The notes below the pieces were generated by a model. It worked only from the letters and a program-made list of their open reading frames with translations, ran no database searches and was not told where the DNA came from. Both the position numbers and the translations under genes were made by a program. From assembly GCA_965215605.1 (NCBI GenBank), contig OZ244070.1:416001-480000 (forward strand): 64,000 nucleotides of DNA. Reading direction: 5' to 3'. The stretch's first letter is position 1, and the number at the start of each line of letters is the position of its first letter. This DNA is from an uncultured Candidatus Binatia bacterium (GTDB taxonomy: Bacteria; Desulfobacterota; Binatia; UBA9968; JAJDTQ01). Below, one piece after another: positions 10,114-18,358 of the stretch.

Positions 10114-12011
10114 GCCGCGCCCTCACCCGGATACTGGCGATCGGACTGTCGGCGTACGCCGTCTGGAACGCCTTCAGTCCGTTGCCGCCCCTCCAGGAAC
10201 GCAGCCTGTTCCTGCTGGTGCTGTTCGCTCTGGTGTTCCTCACCCAAGCAACGGAACGCGAGCGGCCTGCCCAGGTGGCGGTGGACCTTTTCTGGCTGGC
10301 ACTCAGCATGGCGACCTTCGGGTACGTGTTCATCGAGCACGAGGAGATCGCCTTCAAGTCGGGACTCGTTACCCAGACCGACCTGGTATTGGGGGTCGTG
10401 TGCGTCATCGTCGTGCTCGAAGCCACCCGCCGCATCGTGGGCTGGGCCCTGGTGGTCACGGCCCTGGTGTTCCTGGTCTACGTCTTCTACGGGCAGCACC
10501 TGCCTCGATGGGTGGGGGGCCACGGCGGCTTTGACCTGGACCGCATCGTCACCACCGTCTACCTGTCCGGCAACGGCGTCTTCGGCGTCGCCACCTATAT
10601 CACCTTCAAATTCGTGTTCCTGTTCGTGATGTTCGGCAAGCTGCTGGAAGCCACTGGCGCGTTGTCGTTCATCATGGAGTTCACCCGCTCGCTGGTGGGA
10701 AGATACCGCGGCGGCCCGGCGATGATGGCGGTGGTCTCCAGCGGCATGATGGGATCGGTCAGCGGCAGCGCGGTGGCCAACGTCATGGTCACGGGCTCCA
10801 TCACCATCCCGCTCATGAAGCGCGTGGGCTTTCAGCCCCACGTCGCGGGCGCAGTGGAGGCGGCCGCGTCCACCGGCGGGCAGTTCATGCCGCCGGTCAT
10901 GGGAGCCGCGGCGTTCCTGATGATGCAGTTCCTGGCGGTGGACTATCTCCAGATCGTCAAGGCCGCGCTCATTCCGGCGGTACTGTACTTCATCGGCGTC
11001 CTGGCGGGCGTCTACTTCTACGCGTTGCGCTCCGGGCTCACGGGCTTGCCGCCGAACGAGCTGCCCAACGTCAGGGACGTGGTGCGCGAGCCCCAGGGGC
11101 TGACGTTCATCGCCGGCATCGGCCTGCTCATCGTGCTGCTGCTGCTGCGGATGTCGCCGGTCCAGGCGGTGCTGCGGGCCATGGCCGTCATCGCGGTCCT
11201 GGGGTTGGGCATCTCCGCCATCACCCTGTTCTTCCAGGACCGCAACCGTTTCGTCTCGGCCCTCCCGGGCGGAGCCTTGACCGCCGTCAAGAAGGGCATC
11301 CAGGTGTTCGAAGGCACCGGCCGGGACTTCGTCACCCTGGGCACCGCGGTGGCCTGCGTCGGCATCATCATGGGCACCATCCTGATGACCGGCCTCGCCA
11401 CGCGCTTCTCGGGTCTCGTGATCGGCATGGCGGGCGGCGACCTCACGCTGATCCTGCTGCTGACCATGTTCGCCTCCATGATCCTGGGCATGGGACTGCC
11501 CACCAGCATCGCCTATATCATTCTGGCGCTGATGGTGGCGCCCGTGCTTATCAAGGTCGGCGTGTGGCCCATGGCCGCGCATCTGTTCATCTTCTTCTCC
11601 GGCATGCTGTCCATGGTGACGCCGCCGGTGGCACTGGCGGCATACGCGGGTGCCACCGTGGCGGGCAGCGACTTCTGGCGCACCAGTCTGTTCGCCGGCC
11701 TGATCTCGTTGCCCGTGTATATACTCCCCTACGCCTTCGTGTTCGGCACGCCGCTGCTGATGCGGGGCCATCCCGTGGACATCGTCCTGACCACGGCCAC
11801 GGCGGTCGCGGGGGTGATCCTCAACGCCTACGCGCTGGTAGGCGACTTCAAGGACCGTGCCGAAGTGATCGAGCGGATCGTCGTGTTCGCGGCCGCCATC
11901 ATGCTCATCGCCCCGGGCGCCATGACCGACGTCATCGGCGTGGTGCTGGCCGCCGCCGGCCTGGCCCGGCCGGTCATGCGGCGTGTGGCCCTGGCCAACG
12001 CCACCGGCTGA
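10101..12011 (+). CDS. TRAP transporter 4TM/12TM fused permease
   Basis: EATRR, YRGGPA, GSAVANV, ASTGGQFMPPVMGAAAF, GMGLPT, TPPVALAAY; frame open upstream of 10182 to a CTG at 10101 with SD AAGGAGG. Confidence 0.9.
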   Translation: MEAIGRALTRILAIGLSAYAVWNAFSPLPPLQERSLFLLVLFALVFLTQATERERPAQVAVDLFWLALSMATFGYVFIEHEEIAFKSGLVTQTDLVLGVVCVIVVLEATRRIVGWALVVTALVFLVYVFYGQHLPRWVGGHGGFDLDRIVTTVYLSGNGVFGVATYITFKFVFLFVMFGKLLEATGALSFIMEFTRSLVGRYRGGPAMMAVVSSGMMGSVSGSAVANVMVTGSITIPLMKRVGFQPHVAGAVEAAASTGGQFMPPVMGAAAFLMMQFLAVDYLQIVKAALIPAVLYFIGVLAGVYFYALRSGLTGLPPNELPNVRDVVREPQGLTFIAGIGLLIVLLLLRMSPVQAVLRAMAVIAVLGLGISAITLFFQDRNRFVSALPGGALTAVKKGIQVFEGTGRDFVTLGTAVACVGIIMGTILMTGLATRFSGLVIGMAGGDLTLILLLTMFASMILGMGLPTSIAYIILALMVAPVLIKVGVWPMAAHLFIFFSGMLSMVTPPVALAAYAGATVAGSDFWRTSLFAGLISLPVYILPYAFVFGTPLLMRGHPVDIVLTTATAVAGVILNAYALVGDFKDRAEVIERIVVFAAAIMLIAPGAMTDVIGVVLAAAGLARPVMRRVALANATG

Positions 12012-12041
12012 TCCCGCGGGCAACAGCGCCCTCTCAACGAC

Positions 12042-12802
12042 ATGGCCCGCGCGCCCCGATTGGACTTCGGCCTCTACGCCAACAACCGCGCGTCGGTATT
12101 CCTGCCGGACTTCTCCATGGAGGGGTTGCTGGATCTGGCCGTGGAGGCCGAAGATCTCGGCTACCACTCCCTCTGGGTCGGCGACAGCATCCTGGCCAAG
12201 CCCCGTTACGATCCCGTCGTGACCCTGACGGCCATCGCCGCGCGGACCAAGGACATCAAGCTGGCCACGGGGATCCTGCAACCGCACATGAGGAATCCGG
12301 TGGTGCTGGCCCTGGAGTGGGCCACCCTGGATCTCGTATCCAAGGGTGGCACCATCATGGGCGTGGGACCCGGCGCCGGTCCGCCGGAACTGCTCTCCAA
12401 GGAATGCGAGGTGGCCGGGTTCGAGCGGCGGGTCAGGGGCAGGGTCTTCGAGGAGTGCCTGGAAGTGCTGAAGGCGCTGTGGACGCTCGACTCGGTGAAC
12501 TTCGAGGGCCGCCACTACCGCTACCGGGACGTATCGCTGGGATACAAACCGGTCCAACAGCCCCATCCGCCCATCTGGATCGCCGCCGGCCACTACAACC
12601 CGAAGCCTACCACCGCATGCCATTCGACGACGAGAGCGTGGACCGGTGGGTGATCTGCGGCACCGCCCTGGAGTGCATCGAACGCCTGGAAGAGTTCGCG
12701 GCGGCGGGCGTCCGCACCATGCAGATCGTGCTGGCGTCCAGGGATCAGCCCGAGCAGATGCGGCGCATCGCCGCCGACGTTCTTCCCGCCTTCCGCGGTT
12801 GA
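12042..12802 (+). pseudogene. LLM-class flavin-dependent oxidoreductase with internal deletion and frameshift
   Basis: N-part (AEDLGYHSLWVGD, ATLDLVSKG, KPVQQPHPPIWIA) and C-part (VICGTALECIERLEEFAAAGV...DVLPAF) are in different frames, joined at about 12600. Confidence 0.8.
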
Positions 12803-12838
12803 CCCACATCCACGTCAAGGGCGGCCGGAGCCGTTTCT

Positions 12839-12859
12839 CGGGAACCCGCTATCGTCTAA
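12839..12859 (+). promoter_or_regulatory. Candidate ECF-dependent promoter motif upstream of sigma gene
   Basis: CGGGAACC-N6-CGTCTAA, repeated at 14438-14458. Confidence 0.45.
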
Positions 12860-12901
12860 ATGAATGAAAGCAGTTCATGGGAGCGAGGCAGGCGATTGAG
12901 G

Positions 12902-13525
12902 ATGACAGGAGCGCTACCCTACCCCCTCACCCTGGAAGACACGGAGAGGGACGTGGTGCGACGGGTCCGGGACGGCGATTCGGACGCCTACCGGCTCCTG
13001 GTGGAGCGCCACCAGGCGCGCGTGCACCGGCTGGTGGGGAGGCTCCTCGGGCCGGATCACGGCGACGTGGACGACGTGGTCCAGGAGGTGTTCGTCAAGG
13101 CGTACTTCTCGCTGAGCAAGTTTCGTGAAGACGCGGCGTTCGGCACCTGGATCACGCGTATCGCCATCAACCGCGCGCGGGACGAGCTCAAGAAACAAGC
13201 GGGCAAGGTTTCCCTGGACGCGGAGCCCGGGGAAGAGGCCGTCCGGGGCCTGCACGACATCCTCTCCGCCGAAGAGCCTCCTGACGAAGAGAGACAGGAA
13301 GCCTCGGAGGCCGCCGTCGGCCGCCTGGTGACCCGCACCGTGGCGGGCCTGCCCGATCACTTGCGCATCGTCACAACCTTGAAGGACATGGAGGGGCACT
13401 CCTATAAGGAAGTCGCCGGCATGTTGAAGTGTTCGGTGGGCACTGTGAAATCGCGTCACGCACGGGCGCGCCAGCGCCTGCGGCAGGCGTTGGCCCCGCA
13501 TGTCTTGGTCGGAGGTGATTCGTGA
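12902..13525 (+). CDS. ECF RNA polymerase sigma factor (RpoE-like)
   Basis: Region 2 DDVVQEVFVKAY, FGTWITRIAIN; region 4 SYKEVAGMLKCSVGTVKSR; start 12860 or 12902. Confidence 0.93.
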   Translation: MTGALPYPLTLEDTERDVVRRVRDGDSDAYRLLVERHQARVHRLVGRLLGPDHGDVDDVVQEVFVKAYFSLSKFREDAAFGTWITRIAINRARDELKKQAGKVSLDAEPGEEAVRGLHDILSAEEPPDEERQEASEAAVGRLVTRTVAGLPDHLRIVTTLKDMEGHSYKEVAGMLKCSVGTVKSRHARARQRLRQALAPHVLVGGDS

Positions 13526-13980
13526 CCTGTAAAAATTTCAGGCAATGGCTGGAAACCGCCGGCGCGATGGTCGCGGGGACCATTCCGGACACGCACAGGC
13601 AACATGCCGAGTCGTGCGCGGCCTGCCGTGCGGCCCTCGTGGAGGAGCGGACCTGGCGGCGCTTCTTCTCCGCCGCGCCGGAACCGGCCCCGGGACGGCC
13701 GGCATGGCCGGGGGTCATCGCCAGAATCCGCGAGGAAGAAAGCCGGCGCTCGTCGCTCAGCGACGCGCTGCTGCTCTTCAGCCGGCGGCTCGCACCGGCC
13801 TTCGCCCTGGTGGTGTTGTGCCTGGGCGGCGTCGGCCTGTGGCGTGACATGCTGCCGGAGACCCCGGAGCAGGTCCCCGCCACCGTCGCCATGCTGGAGA
13901 ACGCATCGGGCCAGGAGGCATTGTCCGCGGACGAACCCGACGCGGTCCTGATCGCGTGGGTAGGAGCTCGGAGACCATGA
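13522..13980 (+). CDS. Zinc-binding (ZAS) membrane anti-sigma factor
   Basis: GTGA overlap with sigma; N-terminal Cys plus HAESCAAC (HxxxCxxC); one TM helix. Confidence 0.8.
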   Translation: MTCKNFRQWLETAGAMVAGTIPDTHRQHAESCAACRAALVEERTWRRFFSAAPEPAPGRPAWPGVIARIREEESRRSSLSDALLLFSRRLAPAFALVVLCLGGVGLWRDMLPETPEQVPATVAMLENASGQEALSADEPDAVLIAWVGARRP

Positions 13981-14429
13981 AACGCAAAGCCTTTATCGCA
14001 GTGGTGGGCGTGTTCCTCCTGGGGCTGATGGGAGGCGCCCTTGTCGGGCAGGTCTACCCGGTCAAGCACCTGTGGGGGCGGGCCTGGCATGACGCCGGGG
14101 ACGGCAAGGAACACCGCGGCGGCCGGCGGCACGGCTCGAGCGGCCGGTACATCCGCATGCTGCAACGGGAGCTCGACCTGACGGACCGGCAGATGGCCGA
14201 GATCGGCCCGCTGCTGAGCCAGACCCGCCGCGACCTGTACCAGGCGCGTATCCGATCTCTCGAAGACGCCGACCGGATCATCCTCGAGTTCCACGGCAAG
14301 ATCAGGCCGTCCCTGGACGAGGCCCAGGCGCGCAAGCTGGAGGAGCGCACCGACAACTTCCGCGAGTGGCGGAGGAAGAAACGCGAGCGCATGATCTCCC
14401 GGCTCGAATCGCTGCGCGACGGGAGTTGA
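13977..14429 (+). CDS. Spy/CpxP/heavy-metal-sensor-like periplasmic helical protein
   Basis: ATGA overlap; N-terminal TM/signal; LDLTDRQ and LDEAQ motifs. Confidence 0.7.
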   Translation: MKRKAFIAVVGVFLLGLMGGALVGQVYPVKHLWGRAWHDAGDGKEHRGGRRHGSSGRYIRMLQRELDLTDRQMAEIGPLLSQTRRDLYQARIRSLEDADRIILEFHGKIRPSLDEAQARKLEERTDNFREWRRKKRERMISRLESLRDGS

Positions 14430-14437
14430 CGGGGGAC

Positions 14438-14458
14438 CGGGAACCGGGGGGCGTCTAA
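14438..14458 (+). promoter_or_regulatory. Second copy of candidate ECF promoter motif
   Basis: CGGGAACC-N6-CGTCTAA upstream of Spy/CpxP gene. Confidence 0.45.
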
Positions 14459-14511
14459 TCCGTGACACAGCGATCCGGATCGAACCACTCAAACAAGAAG
14501 GAGAACGACAA

Positions 14512-15048
14512 ATGAAGAATCGCAAGCGCACGGCATTGATGATGGTACCCCTGCTCCTGGTGGGGCTCTCCGGCGGCGTCGCCTGGAGCCAGCAGGGCGA
14601 AGGGCGTCGGGGCGACGGTCCCCGCATCGCCCGCGCCGACGGCGAGGAGCGCCGCGGACGGCACTGGCGCGGACGCGAAGGCCGGCGCGGACGCCACGGC
14701 CAGGAAAGGTCGGTCAAGCGCATGGCCCGGAAGCTCGAGCTGACCGACGAGCAGGTCACGAAGATCAAGAGCGTTCTCACGGACGCGCGAAAGAAGCGGA
14801 TCGGCCTGCGCGCCGACGCCCGGGTCGCCGGCATCGAGCTCCGGGAAATGGTTTCGCTGGAGACCGTGGACAAGGCCCAGATCGACGCCAAGGTGGCCGC
14901 CATCACGAAGATCCGGGGAGATCTGCTGCGGGCACGGACCGACGCGGTGCTGGGAGTTCGCGAGGTCCTGACGCCCGAACAGTTGGCAAAGGCGGACGGC
15001 ATGCTGGAACGCATGCTGAAGGGCCGTGGAGGCCGCGGTCGCCGGTAG
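14512..15048 (+). CDS. Spy/CpxP family periplasmic chaperone
   Basis: SD AAGGAG; signal peptide; LELTDEQ and VLTPEQ (LTxxQ) motifs; Arg/Gly-rich N-terminal linker. Confidence 0.85.
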   Translation: MKNRKRTALMMVPLLLVGLSGGVAWSQQGEGRRGDGPRIARADGEERRGRHWRGREGRRGRHGQERSVKRMARKLELTDEQVTKIKSVLTDARKKRIGLRADARVAGIELREMVSLETVDKAQIDAKVAAITKIRGDLLRARTDAVLGVREVLTPEQLAKADGMLERMLKGRGGRGRR

Positions 15049-15070
15049 GCACCCCGGTTCGTCAATCATC

Positions 15071-15110
15071 GGAGGGGGCAGCCGTAGAGGCTGCCCCCCT
15101 CCTTTCTTTC
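15071..15110 (+). terminator. Rho-independent terminator
   Basis: GGAGGGGGCAGCC-GTAGA-GGCTGCCCCCCTCC followed by TTTCTTT. Confidence 0.85.
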
Positions 15111-15184
15111 GCCGGTTGTCAAAGAAGCGGCAACCCGTCTAAAGTGATTCCTGTCGCACCGGCGTCTTACAACCTCGACACTTC

Positions 15185-16447
15185 ATGAGCACACCCGCAC
15201 CGCCACCCGCCCAGGCGCCGCCCGCGTTCGCCGCGCTCCGGAACCGGGATTTCGCGTGGTTCTTCGTCGGCAACATGCTGTCGATGATGGCGGACAACAT
15301 CGAGCACGTCATCAGCTACGGGATCGTTTACCAGCTATTCCGGTCAGAGACCCTTCAGGGCTTTGCGGTCATCAGCCACTGGCTGCCGGCCCTGACGTTG
15401 TCGTGGTACTTCGGCGCGCTGGCGGACCGCTTCGACTGCCGGCGGGTCATGGAGTGGTCCCAGGCGCTGTTCATCTCGGTGAGCCTCGCCTGGGCCCTGC
15501 TGTTCTACACGGAACGCCTCGAGATGTGGCACTCGGTCATTCTGCTGGTCCTCCACGGTCTCGGCGGCGCCCTGTGGAACCCGGCACGCCAGCTCATGAT
15601 CTACGACGTGGTGGGTCCCGAGACGCTGCAGAGCGGCATCCGGCTTCTGGCCACGGGACGGCAGTTGGGGATCCTGTTCGGCCCGGCGGTGGGAGGCGGC
15701 GTCCTGTTGTTGCTGAAGCCCGCGCTGGCGCTGTGCGTCAACGCCCTCATCTACCTTCCGCTGCTGGTATGGTGCCGGCTGGTGCCCTACACCGGACACG
15801 GTACCGGACGGCGGAGCCGGGGAGGAGGCTGGTCGGAGGCGCTCTCGGCGCTGTGGGGCGCCTCGAACAATCGGGTCCTGCTGTCCATGATCCTGCTGGT
15901 GGGTTTCTACGCATTCTTCGTGGGCAACGCGTTCCAAGCCTTGATGCCGGCGTTCGCCCTGTCCCTCGGCGCCGGTGATTTGAGCCTGGGGTACGCCGCG
16001 CTGTTCGCCGCCAACGGCGCGGGCGCCGTGACCGGCGGCCTGTTGCTGGAAGTGCGCGGGCTGCTGAAGGCGCGCCCCTCCACCGCGATGGTGCTGGCCA
16101 TCTTGTGGTGCGCGGCGATGATCGCCTTTGCCACCGCGTCCCAATACGTGCTGGCGCTGCTGTTCCTGTTTACCGCCGGTATCCTCAACCTCGCCTTCCT
16201 CTCCATGGCGCAGACCTTGGTGCAGCTCGAGGCGCCGGTCAATCTACGCGGCCGCCTGATCGGTCTCTACAACATGGCCGCCCAGGGGCTGCGGAGCTTC
16301 AGCGGCGTGACCGTGGGCTTTGCCGGCGCGTACATCGGCATCAGTTGGTCGCTGGGGCTCAGCACCCTGGTGGTGATGGTGATCGCCGCCGTCCTGTTGG
16401 CGATCACGGCGAGAGGAACGAGGACCCCGGAGCCCACAGCCGGTTGA
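15185..16447 (+). CDS. MFS transporter
   Basis: About 12 TM; GALADRFDCRR motif A; LRGRLIGLY. Confidence 0.9.
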   Translation: MSTPAPPPAQAPPAFAALRNRDFAWFFVGNMLSMMADNIEHVISYGIVYQLFRSETLQGFAVISHWLPALTLSWYFGALADRFDCRRVMEWSQALFISVSLAWALLFYTERLEMWHSVILLVLHGLGGALWNPARQLMIYDVVGPETLQSGIRLLATGRQLGILFGPAVGGGVLLLLKPALALCVNALIYLPLLVWCRLVPYTGHGTGRRSRGGGWSEALSALWGASNNRVLLSMILLVGFYAFFVGNAFQALMPAFALSLGAGDLSLGYAALFAANGAGAVTGGLLLEVRGLLKARPSTAMVLAILWCAAMIAFATASQYVLALLFLFTAGILNLAFLSMAQTLVQLEAPVNLRGRLIGLYNMAAQGLRSFSGVTVGFAGAYIGISWSLGLSTLVVMVIAAVLLAITARGTRTPEPTAG

Positions 16448-16485
16448 GCGGCGGAGTCCGGGACGGCATCGAAAGGATACATTCC

Positions 16486-16866
16486 ATGTCCAAACGAGTG
16501 AGCATCGAGCTGCCGGGTGTCCCGCACAACGCTCCCATTCCCATGGGAGCCAGGATCGGCAACATCGTCTACTCCTCCGGCATCTCGGGACGGGACGCCG
16601 CCACCGGTGAAATCCCGCCGGACCCGGACAGGCAGGCCGAGGTGATGTTCAACAACCTCCGCAAGTTCATGGAACTGGCCGGCGGCAGCCCCGACGACAT
16701 CGTGCGGATGACGGTCTACCTGAAAGAGGAAGAGTACCGGGACGCCATCAACAAGCCGTGGCTCGAGATGTTCCCCGACGAACATGACCGGCCTGCCCGC
16801 CACGCCATCAAATCCCCCGTGCGCGGCAACATGCTGTTTCAGATCGAAGTGGTGGCGGTGCTGTAA
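16486..16866 (+). CDS. RidA/YjgF/UK114 family protein
   Basis: VYSSGISG, WLEMFP..RPAR, FQIEVVA; SD AAGGA. Confidence 0.88.
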   Translation: MSKRVSIELPGVPHNAPIPMGARIGNIVYSSGISGRDAATGEIPPDPDRQAEVMFNNLRKFMELAGGSPDDIVRMTVYLKEEEYRDAINKPWLEMFPDEHDRPARHAIKSPVRGNMLFQIEVVAVL

Positions 16867-16892
16867 CGGGCGCGGGCGGGTTGTCCCGGGGC

Positions 16893-17234
16893 CTACTCCG
16901 TCATGCGCTTGAGCCCGCTCAGAGGCTGAACCTTCACCGCCCGCGAGGCGGGCTTCGCGGCCACCGTGATCTCCTGGCCAGTGAAGGGCGAGATCATCTT
17001 GCGCGCCTTTGTCGCGGGCTTGCGCACCACCTTGATCTTCAGCAGGCCGGGAAGCGTGAACGTTCCCACAGCGCGCCTCTTGACGTGACGCTCGATGACC
17101 ACTCCAAGCTGGTCTAGCACCGAGGCCACATCCTTCTTTTGGAGCCCGGTCGATTCGGACAGGGCTTCCAGGAGTTGGCTCTTGGTCATCGTCTCCTTGA
17201 CGGCCGTGTTCCTGCGGTTTGCGGTTGTCGCCAT
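16893..17234 (-). CDS. HU family DNA-binding protein
   Basis: MTKSQLLEALSESTGL, FTLPGLLKI, SPFTGQEI, AAKPAS. Confidence 0.9.
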   Translation of the reverse strand: MATTANRRNTAVKETMTKSQLLEALSESTGLQKKDVASVLDQLGVVIERHVKRRAVGTFTLPGLLKIKVVRKPATKARKMISPFTGQEITVAAKPASRAVKVQPLSGLKRMTE

Positions 17235-17380
17235 CTCATTTGTCCTTTCGTCGCTTGCGGTCACCGTGGATACGGCATCTCAGGTTAGCCGACCGACCGT
17301 CGAAAAGCGAATCGTTCCCGATGAGCCAGGGGCCCTGGTCCCGGCAGCAGAACGGATCAAGTTTGGCGTGACGGAAACGT

Positions 17381-18297
17381 TTAGGTTCTGCCGTTCCGCT
17401 TTCTCGCGTAGGCGATCATGTTCAGGCGATGGTTGAAGTGTACGAAGGCCCGGGAGAGTTTAAGGGCCTTGACGGCTGCGCGAGCGATTGCGCCGACCGT
17501 GGGAAGCGCTGCTCCGACACGTTTTGCTGCCGTTGCAAAGTCCGTCGTCAAGCCGTAGCTGTCGATACGGATCACATCAAAACCCGCCCGATGGAGTGCC
17601 GCAGTCAGCGTCCGGCGGGTGAAGAACGTCAGGTGCTCGCCGGACTCCGCCTTCTGAACCAGTTCGTTACGCGCCCCAAGGAGTCGTGCGGCAAGTGAAC
17701 CCAAGTCAGGGGTGCTAACGGCCATGACTCCCCCTTCTCGTACCAACGATGCTGCCTTGGCGATACTTCCCCAGGGGTCTTCGAGGTGTTCGACCACATC
17801 CAACATCGTCACCGTGTCATAGGGGCCGCCGTTGAAGTCGGCCAACTCGGTACAAGTCGCGAGAAAGCAGTATTTGGCCGAAAGCTTGCTTATGGCATCC
17901 GCGTTGCGGTCGATGCCCTCTACGTCGAATCCACAATCCTGTGCGGTGTCCATGAAGTGCCCCATTGCGCACCCGATGTCCAACAAGCTTGGACGGGGGG
18001 GGGGGGGGCCAGTTCCATCAGCCTGCGTGCGACCCGCTGGTGGTCCATTTGCTTGAGAAACCGGAGCCCGACGTAATCGTGGTAGCCCACGAGTCGATGG
18101 CCGTCGTCAGGACCTTCGTTCCTTCGTTCGAAGTAATCGCCGTCATACAGTCGAGCTAACTGGTCCTCGTCGGGCATCGGGTCCGCCCACATCAGTCCGC
18201 AATCCTGGCACCTGAGCACGTTCCGCGTACCGAGGTGCCATTGGACCTTTACGTCGGTGTGTCCGCACAAGGCGCATATGTGTTCATTTTGAGACAT
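17381..18297 (-). pseudogene. Class I SAM-dependent methyltransferase with Zn-ribbon N-terminus, frameshifted at a homopolymer (candidate phase-variable gene)
   Basis: 5' part CALCG...CQDCGL and 3' part LLDIGCAMG, DVVEHLEDP, EHLTFF are separated by G14 at 17995-18008. Confidence 0.85.
17995..18008 (+). repeat. G14 homopolymer tract (C14 on coding strand)
   Basis: Directly visible; longest homopolymer noticed in the window. Confidence 0.95.
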
Positions 18298-18358
18298 TCC
18301 TCGTCTACTGACAGCCGGGTCCTGAGACTCGCGCCTGCAACTTCGATCTCCTGCAACA

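Noticed and set aside
7999-12818. 703-aa and 918-aa minus-strand ORFs
   Set aside because: Antisense to clear TAXI/TRAP/LLM genes; low-complexity translations.
17280-18358. Mobile element carrying the methyltransferase
   Set aside because: No transposase, integrase, terminal inverted repeats or target-site duplication visible.
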